The notes under the pieces were generated by a model, which did not search any database, had not been told where the DNA came from, and saw nothing but the letters and a program-made list of their open reading frames with translations. DNA of 64,000 bases from an uncultured Bdellovibrionales bacterium (GTDB lineage: Bacteria; Patescibacteriota; Minisyncoccia; Moranbacterales; UBA1568). The stretch lies in assembly GCA_964436855.1 (NCBI GenBank), contig CAYTED010000004.1, positions 67,627 through 131,626 on the forward strand. The letters run 5' to 3'. Below, piece after piece: positions 7,691 through 17,103 of this stretch; positions within the stretch are counted from its first letter, which is position 1; each line of letters starts with the position of its first letter. Position numbers and translations under genes: made by a program.

Positions 7691-8779
7691 ATGGACCAAG
7701 AAATACTCACCTCTATCGAACAGGAACTTCGAGAAATCGAGAGGATATTGTCGCTCCCGGAAACTCTGGGGGATCAAAAAAAACTCGCGACTCTCGGACG
7801 AAGAAAATCCGAACTGGATACGCTCCTCGCGCTTGTACGCGAGCTCAAATCGGCCGAAGAAACTATGCGGGATAATGCTCTTCTCACACAAGAAGATGAT
7901 CCCGACATCAAAGCGCTCGCTCTCGAAGAAAATATCACACTCGCCGAACGGATTCCCGTACTGGAAAAAGCCATCGAATCAGCGCTTCTTCCAAAAGATC
8001 CCCGAGATGAAAAAGATATTATTCTCGAAATTCGAGCCGGCGCGGGCGGCGATGAATCCTCTTTGTTTGCGTCAGAACTGTTTCGAATGTACGTTCACTA
8101 TGCCGAAAAGCAGGGTTGGAAAACAAGCATTCTTCACACCAATGAAACCGGCCTCGGCGGTATCAAAGAAATTATCGCCGAAATCTCGCAAGGATTTTCC
8201 GACACGCCGGTGTATCGAAAACTGAAATTTGAATCCGGCGTACACCGCGTGCAGCGCATACCCGAAACCGAAAAAGCCGGGCGCGTCCACACCTCGACCG
8301 TAACCGTCGCCGTTCTTCCTACCGCGGAAGAAATCGATATTCACATCAATCAGAACGATCTTCGTATCGACACCTTTTGCTCTTCCGGTCCGGGCGGGCA
8401 ATCGGTCAATACGACATACAGCGCCGTCCGTATCACACACCTTCCGACCGGACTCGTTGTTTCTTGTCAGGATGAAAAATCGCAAATAAAAAATCGCGAA
8501 AAAGCGATGAAAGTTCTCCGCTCTCGACTCCTCCAAGCCGAAGAAGAACGACGTGCGAAAGAACTCGGTGACCTTCGAAAAAACCAAATCGGCTCGGGAG
8601 ATCGAAGCGAAAAAATCCGAACCTACAACTTCCCGCAAGATCGTATTACCGATCACCGTATAAAGGAATCGTGGAGCAATCTCCCCGGAATACTTGACGG
8701 AGGCATCGGTCCCGTAGTCGATCGTCTCGAAGAAGAAGATATGCGACTCCGAATGGAAGAAAAAAAGTCTTCGTTATGA
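7691..8779 (+). CDS. prfA: Peptide chain release factor 1
   Basis: GGQ motif ([12 protein letters not shown]). The class-I RF domain 2 carries PET where RF1 normally has PAT/PVT. Start chosen at MDQEIL (ORF track 7625). The TGA stop overlaps the prmC ATG (ATGA). Confidence 0.85.
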   Translation: MDQEILTSIEQELREIERILSLPETLGDQKKLATLGRRKSELDTLLALVRELKSAEETMRDNALLTQEDDPDIKALALEENITLAERIPVLEKAIESALLPKDPRDEKDIILEIRAGAGGDESSLFASELFRMYVHYAEKQGWKTSILHTNETGLGGIKEIIAEISQGFSDTPVYRKLKFESGVHRVQRIPETEKAGRVHTSTVTVAVLPTAEEIDIHINQNDLRIDTFCSSGPGGQSVNTTYSAVRITHLPTGLVVSCQDEKSQIKNREKAMKVLRSRLLQAEEERRAKELGDLRKNQIGSGDRSEKIRTYNFPQDRITDHRIKESWSNLPGILDGGIGPVVDRLEEEDMRLRMEEKKSSL

Positions 8780-9666
8780 CCCTTCAATCCGTTCTTCGTC
8801 GTTTTCGGACTTCCGTTTCTCCGGAAGACATCACTCTCCTTGCCGCGCACGCGATCAGACGCGACCGAGTATTTGTCTACGCGCATCCGGAACATACTCT
8901 CTCTCCGATTGAAAAAAATCGGCTCATTCGACTGCTCGAACGGAGAAAACGAAAAGAACCGATCGCGTATCTTCTCGGAAAAAAAGAATTTTTCGGACAT
9001 TCATTTCTCGTACATCGATCTGTTTTGATTCCGCGACCGGAAACGGAAACACTCGTCGAACACACGCTCGAGAAAATCAAAAACCAAACAAAAAAACAAT
9101 ATTCCATCCTCGATATCGGAACCGGAAGTGGAAATATCATTCTCTCGATCGCATCCGAATGGGAAAAATCACATTCGATATTCGACATTCAACATTCGAC
9201 ATTCGATTTCTTGGCGACTGACATTTCTTCTTCCGCGCTCGCCGTGGCAAGAAAAAATGCAAAACGACTCCTGAAAAAAAATCCCGTCGTCTTCCGGAAC
9301 AGCGATCTCTTGAACAATGTCCCGAAAAAATATTTTAAAAACAAGCACTGGATTATCACGGCCAATCTCCCCTACCTCTCCGGAACACTCTATCGAAATA
9401 CGGAAAAGGATGTTCGAGCATACGAACCGAAATCCGCGTTGTTTGCAAAAAATCGAGGAGCGGCCGTTATTCTGTCCCTCCTCCGGGAAATACGAGAAAA
9501 GGTTGCCGAATTCCATCCGGAATCGTTCTTTCTTATTTTGGAAATAAGCCCGGAACAAAGCTCTTTTCTCTTAAAAGAAGCCGGCAACATTCTTCAATCG
9601 AACAAGACGATTCTTCCCGACCTTTCGGGAAAAAATCGATTCATCGTTATCACATCGTCCGTGTAA
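8776..9666 (+). CDS. prmC: Release factor glutamine N5-methyltransferase PrmC/HemK
   Basis: SAM-binding DIGTGSGNI and an NPPY-like catalytic motif (ITANLPYL). prfA-prmC operon arrangement. Confidence 0.85.
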   Translation: MTLQSVLRRFRTSVSPEDITLLAAHAIRRDRVFVYAHPEHTLSPIEKNRLIRLLERRKRKEPIAYLLGKKEFFGHSFLVHRSVLIPRPETETLVEHTLEKIKNQTKKQYSILDIGTGSGNIILSIASEWEKSHSIFDIQHSTFDFLATDISSSALAVARKNAKRLLKKNPVVFRNSDLLNNVPKKYFKNKHWIITANLPYLSGTLYRNTEKDVRAYEPKSALFAKNRGAAVILSLLREIREKVAEFHPESFFLILEISPEQSSFLLKEAGNILQSNKTILPDLSGKNRFIVITSSV

Positions 9667-9730
9667 CGGCACGCAAATGAAAACAGGCCCCGTGAAGAGG
9701 TCTGTTTTCATTTGAGAGAAAACGAGAAGC

Positions 9731-9820
9731 TTATTTGCGCTTCTTCGTAGCTTTTCTCTTGGTGGCCTTTTTCTTCGTCACCTTCTTGGTCGACTTCTTG
9801 GCCTTTTTCTTTGCTGCCAT
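9731..9820 (-). CDS. Small lysine-rich basic protein (29 aa, MAAKKKAKKSTKKVTKKKATKRKATKKRK)
   Basis: Not in the ORF track because it is under 60 aa. ATG at 9818-9820 preceded by a strong SD (GGAGGTGA, 6-nt spacer). TAA stop at 9731-9733. Confidence 0.5.
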   Translation of the reverse strand: MAAKKKAKKSTKKVTKKKATKRKATKKRK

Positions 9821-10180
9821 GTCAATCACCTCCTTCCGTTTTATTTTTTGTTCTGCACAGATCGAAATATGTTCGTCGTGCACGCGAGAAAAATTTCTGA
9901 AACGTTCTTCAAAAATTTTTGCGTACTTTCATTATATACCATTTAAAAAAAATGCAAAGCGTTTTTCATATCATGTCAAGAGAAATTTCCTCCGTGTGTC
10001 GAAAAAGAAAAAATTCAAAAAATATTCTTCTCTTTTGTAATGTGAAAAAAAATTCTTTAAAAGAAAAAACTCCTTTAAAAAAATATTTTCATCGCGTGCA
10101 AAAAAAAGAAAGCGATTTCATTTCAAAAAAACAAAAACGAAGAATCATATAACAATGAAAAAATGGCTTATTGTCGATAT

Positions 10181-10215
10181 TGACACTCCTTCCGTCCGTT
10201 TCTACAGTAGGGGGA
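10181..10215 (+). promoter_or_regulatory. Sigma-70-like promoter TTGACA-17-TACAGT for the 10307 gene
   Basis: ttgacactccttccgtccgtttctacagt read in the sequence. An approximately 85-nt leader follows before the SD AAGGAAGGTGA. Confidence 0.45.
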
Positions 10216-10306
10216 AGGGGGTCGACCCGGCAAAAGACAACCGGGAAATGCTTCAACGAAAGCCGTACCTATACAATCAGTAATTCTAGAAAGGAAGGTG
10301 ATTGCA

Positions 10307-10900
10307 ATGAATGAAGATGAAAAACTCGACTTTCAGGAAGGATCGTCCGAAAAGGCGAAAGTATGGATGCAAGATAATCTCCGAGTCATCGTGAGCGTTT
10401 TCATTGTCGCGGCGATCGCGCTCGGTATCTATTCGTATTCCGGACGAAACAACGATGTCGCAGAAGAGATAGGGATGGATGGAGCGAGTTCCAGCGCGAC
10501 AACAGAAGGCGGATCGGCCGATGCATCCGCTCAAACAAAAGAATCCGACAAAGAAATGATGAAGAAGCCGGTTGTCCCGGCCGAACTCTCCAAGGAAACC
10601 GAAACGGCATTTATCGAATCGGCGGCAAGAGGAGAAGGATCGACGCATCTCGCGCGACGAGCGCTCGCAAATTATCTCGAGAAAAATCCAGACTCGTCAC
10701 TCTCGAAAGAGCAGAAGGTATATATCGAAGACTTCCTGCGCAAGAACACTCGTTACGCAAAGGGTGGTGTCCATCCGGGAACTTCTGTAGAATTCTCAAA
10801 ATCGCTCATCGAACAAGGTATCGCGAAATCGAAAACCTTAAACGAGCGACAACTTGAAAATCTCAAGAAGTATTCCGCTCGGGCTCCGTCTCTCACGTAA
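10307..10900 (+). CDS. Hypothetical single-pass membrane protein
   Basis: ORF track 10298..10900. The ATG at 10307 has SD aggaaggtga upstream. One TM helix (VIVSVFIVAAIALGIY). Confidence 0.5.
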   Translation: MNEDEKLDFQEGSSEKAKVWMQDNLRVIVSVFIVAAIALGIYSYSGRNNDVAEEIGMDGASSSATTEGGSADASAQTKESDKEMMKKPVVPAELSKETETAFIESAARGEGSTHLARRALANYLEKNPDSSLSKEQKVYIEDFLRKNTRYAKGGVHPGTSVEFSKSLIEQGIAKSKTLNERQLENLKKYSARAPSLT

Positions 10901-10948
10901 TATCTATCTTTCATTTACCCCGTTCTTTTTCTTATCTCCAATACCAAA

Positions 10949-10970
10949 GCCCCGCAACGGCGGGGTTTTT
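10949..10970 (+). terminator. Rho-independent terminator (GC hairpin CCCCG-caacgg-CGGGG followed by TTTTT)
   Basis: Seen in the sequence right after the 10900 stop. Confidence 0.6.
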
Positions 10971-10976
10971 GGTTTG

Positions 10977-12404
10977 TCAAAACTCTACCGAATCACCAAG
11001 GTGAATATCGGCGGCCTCCCCGCCGTTTACCTCAAGCACCGAATCCGCGTTGATCGAAGGACCAAACGAGTCGGTTCGTTCCGGGGAAATATTTCGTTCG
11101 ATATATATAACCGTTCCGTTTCGAATCCACACAATATCAAGCGGAAACTCCATTCCCTTCATCCAAAATTGATACGGGAAAGCTTCCGAAAACAAAAAGA
11201 GCATTCCTGTGCCGGGAGCAAGTGTCGCGCGATATCCAAGCCCTCGTTCCGGTTCGGATGGATCATCGGCAACCTCAACACTCCACACGTGCTCCCGAAT
11301 ACGAATTTCTTTTTCAGTATTTCGAACTCCAAAGAAAAAGAAAAAAGAAAGTAACACTATGCCAACTATGAGGAAAAACAGGCTTCGACTTTTTGATCGC
11401 TTACGACGTTCTTGAAAAAGAAAAAGGAGAAAAAACAACACCGCCACCGATAAAAAGGCCACCACCTTATACCGAGTCGAAAACGATACGGCAAACAAAG
11501 CGACAAGAAGCGTGATCCCGGTCAGAGCGATAAAAATACGCCGCATCGTCCACCCGGCTTCCAAAAGTGAAAAATGAAAATGTCGCCGATCGGCCTGAAA
11601 AAGAGAATCCCCCGAAAAAAGCCTCTTCAGAAGCACGATCGCCGCATCCAGTACCGGAAAGGATAAGATAAGAAGGGTGGTCGCTATTTTTGAACCGGCA
11701 AAAATAGAAATCGTGGCGAGTGAAAAACCAACGAACATCGATCCGGTTGTTCCGGCAAGTATGCGAGCAGGAGGGGCATTCAAGAGAAGAAATCCAAAAA
11801 CGGAACCGGCAAGCGCGGCGGCGAGAATGGCAACCGGCGGCTGATTGACTTCCGGCCGAAGACTGACAAAGAAAACAGCACCCGCAGCGATCACTCCAAC
11901 ACTTCCAAGCAGTCCATCGGCGCCATCAAGCCAATTGACCGAATTCATAATAACGAGAAACCAGAAAAGCGTTACCGAAAAAGAAAGGAGAAAGTACTCC
12001 GAACTCGGAAATGAAATCGTCCCTCCTCCGAAAGGATTGGTGATATATTCGATACGAACGAGAAAGAGATAGGAAAGAATGGCGATTCCAAACTGAAAAA
12101 GCATCTGTGTTTTCCAATCAAGCTCGGAAAAATCATCAAACAAACCAAATACGAGAATAAGCCCGCCGGCAAGAAACATCCCCATAATCGGCTTTGTCAA
12201 AACAAGAGCGGGATGAAACGCAATGACGAGAAAAAAAGCGGCGATTATCGCCACTCCCCCCAACCGCGAAAGAGTTCCATTTCCAATATGTCGCTTCCCG
12301 ACACGCCCTCGAAAATATTTTCCCGGTAACAACGAAAAAAAGAGGGAGAGGGAGAGGGAAATGCCGAGAGCGGCAAAGAAGGGAATGAGATAGAGGTAAA
12401 CCAT
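10977..12404 (-). CDS. WecA/MraY-family polyprenyl-phosphate N-acetylhexosamine-1-phosphate transferase fused to a C-terminal DUF192 domain
   Basis: About 10 TM helices, NSVNWLDGADGL (MraY/WecA signature) and FDDFSELD. The C-terminal 110 aa (GYRATLAPGTGMLFLFSEAFPYQFWMKGMEFPLDIVWI) matches DUF192 (COG1430). Confidence 0.7.
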   Translation of the reverse strand: MVYLYLIPFFAALGISLSLSLFFSLLPGKYFRGRVGKRHIGNGTLSRLGGVAIIAAFFLVIAFHPALVLTKPIMGMFLAGGLILVFGLFDDFSELDWKTQMLFQFGIAILSYLFLVRIEYITNPFGGGTISFPSSEYFLLSFSVTLFWFLVIMNSVNWLDGADGLLGSVGVIAAGAVFFVSLRPEVNQPPVAILAAALAGSVFGFLLLNAPPARILAGTTGSMFVGFSLATISIFAGSKIATTLLILSFPVLDAAIVLLKRLFSGDSLFQADRRHFHFSLLEAGWTMRRIFIALTGITLLVALFAVSFSTRYKVVAFLSVAVLFFLLFLFQERRKRSKSRSLFFLIVGIVLLSFFFFFGVRNTEKEIRIREHVWSVEVADDPSEPERGLGYRATLAPGTGMLFLFSEAFPYQFWMKGMEFPLDIVWIRNGTVIYIERNISPERTDSFGPSINADSVLEVNGGEAADIHLGDSVEF

Positions 12405-12407
12405 ATA

Positions 12408-12821
12408 CTAATAGTTCACAAGCGCCACCGCTCCGGCGGCAAGCGCCACCATCGCCTCAAGAAGAACGAGAGAAAGGAGTACACCGAATGAAAGCACCTT
12501 TTCCCGAAGAAAGACGAAAAGATAACGTGAGAGCATTGTATGCAATAAGAAAAACAACAATCCAACAAACGGGACAAAATACGCCTCCCACCATTCCCCG
12601 ATAACATCGACACCGAAATAAACATTGTAATGAAGCACAACCGGTGTCTCCCGTTTTCCAACAAAATACCATAATATTCCAAACGAAATGAGAAGCAAAA
12701 ACGCGCTGACCCCAAGCAAAGTTCTCACCATACCATTCTTCCAAAAACTCGGATCGGAAAGAAAAATATCTTCATTTTCCTTCAATTGATTGTGTATGGC
12801 GAGTTTCATAATCAAAATCAC
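12408..12821 (-). CDS. Hypothetical integral membrane protein (3-4 TM)
   Basis: Hydrophobic segments. Translationally coupled between rmuC and the WecA-like gene. Confidence 0.45.
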   Translation of the reverse strand: MILIMKLAIHNQLKENEDIFLSDPSFWKNGMVRTLLGVSAFLLLISFGILWYFVGKRETPVVLHYNVYFGVDVIGEWWEAYFVPFVGLLFFLLHTMLSRYLFVFLREKVLSFGVLLSLVLLEAMVALAAGAVALVNY

Positions 12822-13921
12822 ACGGAAGATTCTCGAGAGTCCGAAAGCATACCATCTTCTTTCCCCTCCTTCTCGGATCGTTCTTCTTCTCCAAGGAGAC
12901 GCGCCCGGTCAATTTGATGCGTAACACGATCAAGACGCTTATCAGTTTCTTCATACTTTTTCCACGCGCTGCCAATATGCTTCCCAAGCACCTCGAATTC
13001 ATTGGAAAATTTTTCATATTCCCGAGACAAGCGCTCAAGCTCTCCCATAATTTCTTTCGCCCGCTTTTCCACCTGCGTTCCCTGCAAGCCAAGTAAAATA
13101 GTGCGCATATATGCGTAAAACGAATTTGGTGACACCGGAACAACATGGCGGTTATAGAGATACTCAAGAAGATCCTGACTCGCCTCGTCCTTCACGATAA
13201 TTTCATAATAAACGTTCTCGGCGGGGATATACATCAGTGCAAAATCAAGTGTCCCCTCCTCCGGAACAATATACTTTTTTGCGATCGCATCTATATGCTT
13301 TTTAACATCAGAAAGAAATTGCCGGCGCGCATGCAAACGCTCCTCTTCATCATGCGCCGATACGACCCGCCGGAAATTTTCAAGCGGAAATTTCGAATCA
13401 ACACTCACACCACCTCCTGCGAGTCGGATAAACGCATCCACCACCTCTCCATTCCGAAACGAATGCTGTAACTCAAAATGCTCTTTCGGAAGCATCTGCG
13501 CAAGCAAATCTTTCAGCATCAGCTCGCCGAATCCGCCACGAATTTTCGGAGCTTTCAGAATTTCTTGAAGCGAAGCCACCTCTTTCCCTACTTCGAAAAT
13601 TCTTTGATTCGACTCTCGAACTTCCGCAAGCGCCGCGCGAACTTCCGAAAATGACCGCGTTGCTCCATCGAGGCGATCATCGAGACGTTTGGTATTGGCA
13701 TCAAGTTGCCGATCGAGCGTCGCTTGAAAACTGGATATTTGATTTAAAAGGTTTCCGGAAAATCGATGTAGATCATCACCGACCCGACGATTCATCATTT
13801 CGATCCGATTGGCGAATTCTTCTTTCTGTCGATCGGAATGCGACGACCGATACGCCAAAAAAACCGAAAGTCCGGCAAAAAAAACCGCTGTGGCGGCAAG
13901 AAGCAAAACGCCAGTATCCAT
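12818..13921 (-). CDS. rmuC: DNA recombination protein RmuC
   Basis: N-terminal TM, long coiled coil, and the conserved C-terminal RmuC core (GGFGELMLKDLL...DAFIRLAGGGVSVDSKFPLE...DFALMYIPAENVYYE). Confidence 0.75.
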   Translation of the reverse strand: MDTGVLLLAATAVFFAGLSVFLAYRSSHSDRQKEEFANRIEMMNRRVGDDLHRFSGNLLNQISSFQATLDRQLDANTKRLDDRLDGATRSFSEVRAALAEVRESNQRIFEVGKEVASLQEILKAPKIRGGFGELMLKDLLAQMLPKEHFELQHSFRNGEVVDAFIRLAGGGVSVDSKFPLENFRRVVSAHDEEERLHARRQFLSDVKKHIDAIAKKYIVPEEGTLDFALMYIPAENVYYEIIVKDEASQDLLEYLYNRHVVPVSPNSFYAYMRTILLGLQGTQVEKRAKEIMGELERLSREYEKFSNEFEVLGKHIGSAWKKYEETDKRLDRVTHQIDRARLLGEEERSEKEGKEDGMLSDSRESSV

Positions 13922-13929
13922 AAAGTACG

Positions 13930-14535
13930 CTATTTTTTAATGCCAGCGATAAAACGTTTCAATTCGGGAACACGATTCACGACCTCCTCGTATGGACCCT
14001 CGAGAAATTCGATAAAAAAACGATCGAGCATATTCAGTCGATACTGAAACTCCTCACTTGTCATAAGAACAAAACGAACTTCTTTTCCGATCTCCGCCTC
14101 AAGATGCGCAAGTGCCTGCTTTAATTTCGATCGATTCAAATGATTAACGACCAAGATAAGATCAGCCTTCGCCTTCGCATGATTGAGAAATACTCCGGAA
14201 ACAAGTGCGAGCTTGACCTCTCCAACTTGCTTTAATCGCCGAAAAACCTGCGACTGCGCACTAACATTCAGTTTCGCCACCAGGCCGAGCAGCTCGTGAA
14301 AAAACGGAAATTCACGATTCATCGAATAATACTTCTTTCCTCGTTTCGTTTTGCTTCCGACAAAGTGGAGTCGCTCCAGCCGTCCGACCTCAAGAGAAAT
14401 AGCAGGACGGCTCAACAAGGTTTTTTCCGAAATATCGGCGGTGGAAAATTCTCCATCCGGATTCAGAACAAAAAAACGAATGAGACGGGCGCGAGCTCTC
14501 GACCCAAACAAAGACTCAAAAATTTCGAGCGACAT
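13930..14535 (-). CDS. Hypothetical winged-helix (ArsR/MarR-like) DNA-binding protein
   Basis: ORF track 13930..14925. Start moved to MSLEIF because the ORF-track N-terminal extension (14536-14925) runs through the ext-10 promoter and start codon of the divergent 14660 gene. N-terminal wHTH-like (RLIRFFVLNPDGEFSTADISEKTLLSRPAISLEVGRLERLHFV). Confidence 0.4.
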   Translation of the reverse strand: MSLEIFESLFGSRARARLIRFFVLNPDGEFSTADISEKTLLSRPAISLEVGRLERLHFVGSKTKRGKKYYSMNREFPFFHELLGLVAKLNVSAQSQVFRRLKQVGEVKLALVSGVFLNHAKAKADLILVVNHLNRSKLKQALAHLEAEIGKEVRFVLMTSEEFQYRLNMLDRFFIEFLEGPYEEVVNRVPELKRFIAGIKK

Positions 14536-14640
14536 AATTCCTTTCAATTCATAATCAATCACCACCGTACCCTCCCAAGTATACGGGAACAGAAACAGGT
14601 CGTCAAAACACCGGTTTCTTTCCCGAAAAAGAAAGTTCTG

Positions 14641-14652
14641 TGGTATAATTTT
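14641..14652 (+). promoter_or_regulatory. Extended -10 promoter (TGgTATAAT) ending about 10 nt before the ATG of the 14660 gene (probable leaderless mRNA)
   Basis: tgtggtataattttatcgatt ATG read in the sequence. Confidence 0.45.
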
Positions 14653-14659
14653 ATCGATT

Positions 14660-16993
14660 ATGCGCGAAAAACGACATCGAATCACACCTCTTCCGGATAA
14701 AAAAATCGAGAGAAAAATCGAGGAGATATGTATCGCAAAAAATCGAACGGTCATGCCGTTTGTTTTGTCGTTTTCATACGAAGCCGAAAACATCGCTCTT
14801 TCGCCGCTCGGCAATTTATCCGGAGTTTTTTCTATTTCCGAACACGAAAGTGATTCGGCATATATCGGCAACTGCCTTGCCGCTGTCATCAAAAAAGAAT
14901 ACTTCGCCAATCCAAAAAAAAACACCGGGGACGCTTTTGAGGCCTCTCTTCATAAAACCAATCTGACTCTCGCAAAGCTCGTACAAGAGGGTCATGTCAG
15001 TTGGATCGGGAAGCTGCACGGCGCCATTATCGCCATACAAAAAGACGAGATTCATTTTTCCATATCCGGAAACGGTGCAGCACTCCTTTGCCGAAACGAC
15101 ATCTGTTCGGAAATCAGCGAGGGAATGAGCTCGGAAGAATCCAGTGAAAATCCCTTGAAAACATTCACCGACATCTCAAGTGGAACACTTCTTCCGGGAG
15201 ACAAAGTTCTTCTTTCCACTCCGGAATTGCTCGGACTCTTATCCCCCCTGGAAATTGGAAAACAGGCGAAAAAACTTGACCGGGAACGCTTCGCTCAATT
15301 TATAAAAACCGCGCTGATAAACACCTATTCACAAGCAGGTGTTATCATTATCGACATCGTCGAATCCTCCTCCGATTCGAAAGAATCACCACTTCGGTAT
15401 GCCGAAGAAACTAATCTTCCAGCCACATTATTGGACGAATCGGAATCGGCCTCCTATATCGAAAACATCTTCAGTGAACAAACCTTCCGAAAAAAAACGT
15501 CCCGTCGAAAACAAGCAAAAAATCCGCCAAAAGAACCCAAAGAAAAGCCGCTTTCAGTCCCCGGAGAGCGGGAACGAGACTCCGAACATATCGACACTCG
15601 AACAGGACACATCTATCTGCGAGGAGAAGATTTCCACCGCGACACCAACACTTCTCCAAGCGTGTTCTCGGAAACACTTTCCGATATATCCGACCGATTA
15701 TTCCGTTTCTTCGAAAGTTTCGGAAGGATAACCCTGCGCCTGTCTCGATCACTTGGAAAAACCAGTCTTGAATTCGGGAAAAAAATATACACGCAGGGAA
15801 AGTGCCTATTTCAATCAACCATCAGAGCTTTTCGAAAATCAATTTCTCACACACCCTCTTCTCAAATACAAAATCTACGATTTCGCGAAAATGTTTTTGA
15901 TGAAAAACCCCCCTCTTCAACTCCGGAATCCTCCGAAGCCACCCGCCTGAAAAGAATCGTTGTCACACTCCAAAAATCGCTTACGCGCCTGCCTACCTTT
16001 CGTACCCGATTCATACGAAAAGGCGCACTTCAATTGGTTCGTTTTTTCAGGAACACACAAAGAAGTCGCCTTGTAGTCGTAGCGAGTGCAATCACCACAC
16101 TCCTTCTCCTTATTTTCATTGTTTGGTTTTTCTTCAACAGAAAAAATACCGAAACAATTCCTCCTATTAAAACCACGCCAGAAAAGGTTGCTCCCGTATC
16201 ATCGTCGGTACTTCCGCCCGCCGACGAACCAAATGCACAACAAATTTCCGAATTGGAATTGTTCTCCGCGGACGATAGCACATCTTCTCCCACTCTCCCG
16301 ATTCTCCTCAATAACAAACTGTTCGCCATTACCGAAAACGTTCTCGTCAACACCGAAAATAAGCTTTCGCTTCAAATTCCGGAAAGCGCCGCGCCCATAC
16401 TTCGCGCAACCGCTATGAATGACCTCAATGCCATTTTCCTCTACGGATCAGATAAAAAAATGTACCTGTATTATCCGAATGCGAAATCTTTCATCGAAAA
16501 TACCTTTTCCCTCCCGGACAATTTTTCTCCCGACGATATGGGGACATATCTCACCTATCTCTATGTCTTCGATCGAAAACAAGGAAGAATTCTTCGATTC
16601 CCGCGAGCCGAAGGAGGGTTTGGCATACCAAATGAATGGCTCAAAGAAAAAATGTCCTTTTCGGAAAACGCTCAAATAAGTATCGGCGAGAATATCCTCA
16701 TCGGATCGGAAAACACGATTTTTTCTTTCTCGAAAGGAAGAGGCGCACCACTCTCTCTTTCGGAAATCAAAACTCCGATAGCTATTCAGGATATCGCCAT
16801 CGTCGAGGACAGCTCATTTGCCGCACTTGATGCCAAAAACAAAAGAATCGTCCGATTCGGAAAGGACGGACAACTTCTTGGGCAATACTACAGCGAACGT
16901 CTCGGGGAGGCGCGATCCATCGCCGTTTCCTCAAATGGAACCGCCGTCTATGCGGCCGTCGGAAGCAAGATTTTTCTTTTTGAGATACAGTAA
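14660..16993 (+). CDS. Large hypothetical membrane-anchored protein (777 aa) with a C-terminal beta-propeller-like repeat region
   Basis: Central TM helix (LVVVASAITTLLLLIFIVWFFF). A Lys/Arg-rich linker. The C-terminus has repeated hydrophobic/Gly blocks reminiscent of NHL/YVTN repeats. Confidence 0.4.
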   Translation: MREKRHRITPLPDKKIERKIEEICIAKNRTVMPFVLSFSYEAENIALSPLGNLSGVFSISEHESDSAYIGNCLAAVIKKEYFANPKKNTGDAFEASLHKTNLTLAKLVQEGHVSWIGKLHGAIIAIQKDEIHFSISGNGAALLCRNDICSEISEGMSSEESSENPLKTFTDISSGTLLPGDKVLLSTPELLGLLSPLEIGKQAKKLDRERFAQFIKTALINTYSQAGVIIIDIVESSSDSKESPLRYAEETNLPATLLDESESASYIENIFSEQTFRKKTSRRKQAKNPPKEPKEKPLSVPGERERDSEHIDTRTGHIYLRGEDFHRDTNTSPSVFSETLSDISDRLFRFFESFGRITLRLSRSLGKTSLEFGKKIYTQGKCLFQSTIRAFRKSISHTPSSQIQNLRFRENVFDEKPPSSTPESSEATRLKRIVVTLQKSLTRLPTFRTRFIRKGALQLVRFFRNTQRSRLVVVASAITTLLLLIFIVWFFFNRKNTETIPPIKTTPEKVAPVSSSVLPPADEPNAQQISELELFSADDSTSSPTLPILLNNKLFAITENVLVNTENKLSLQIPESAAPILRATAMNDLNAIFLYGSDKKMYLYYPNAKSFIENTFSLPDNFSPDDMGTYLTYLYVFDRKQGRILRFPRAEGGFGIPNEWLKEKMSFSENAQISIGENILIGSENTIFSFSKGRGAPLSLSEIKTPIAIQDIAIVEDSSFAALDAKNKRIVRFGKDGQLLGQYYSERLGEARSIAVSSNGTAVYAAVGSKIFLFEIQ

Positions 16994-17103
16994 TACCTTC
17001 AAATCTCGCGGTTTCTCTTTCTTTGCCAATCACCGTATTTTCTCTTGCCAACATTCCACAGTGAAACCGTCGAAAAACACAGATCACTTTTTACCTCTTC
17101 TTT

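Noticed and set aside
8072-8656. 194-aa minus-strand ORF inside prfA
   Set aside because: It is antisense to a highly conserved RF1 coding sequence.
9735-10152. Two plus-strand ORFs (9735..10040, 9919..10152) in the A-rich tract
   Set aside because: They are extremely low-complexity (F/K-rich), have no RBS, and the first is antisense to the SD-supported poly-Lys mini-gene.
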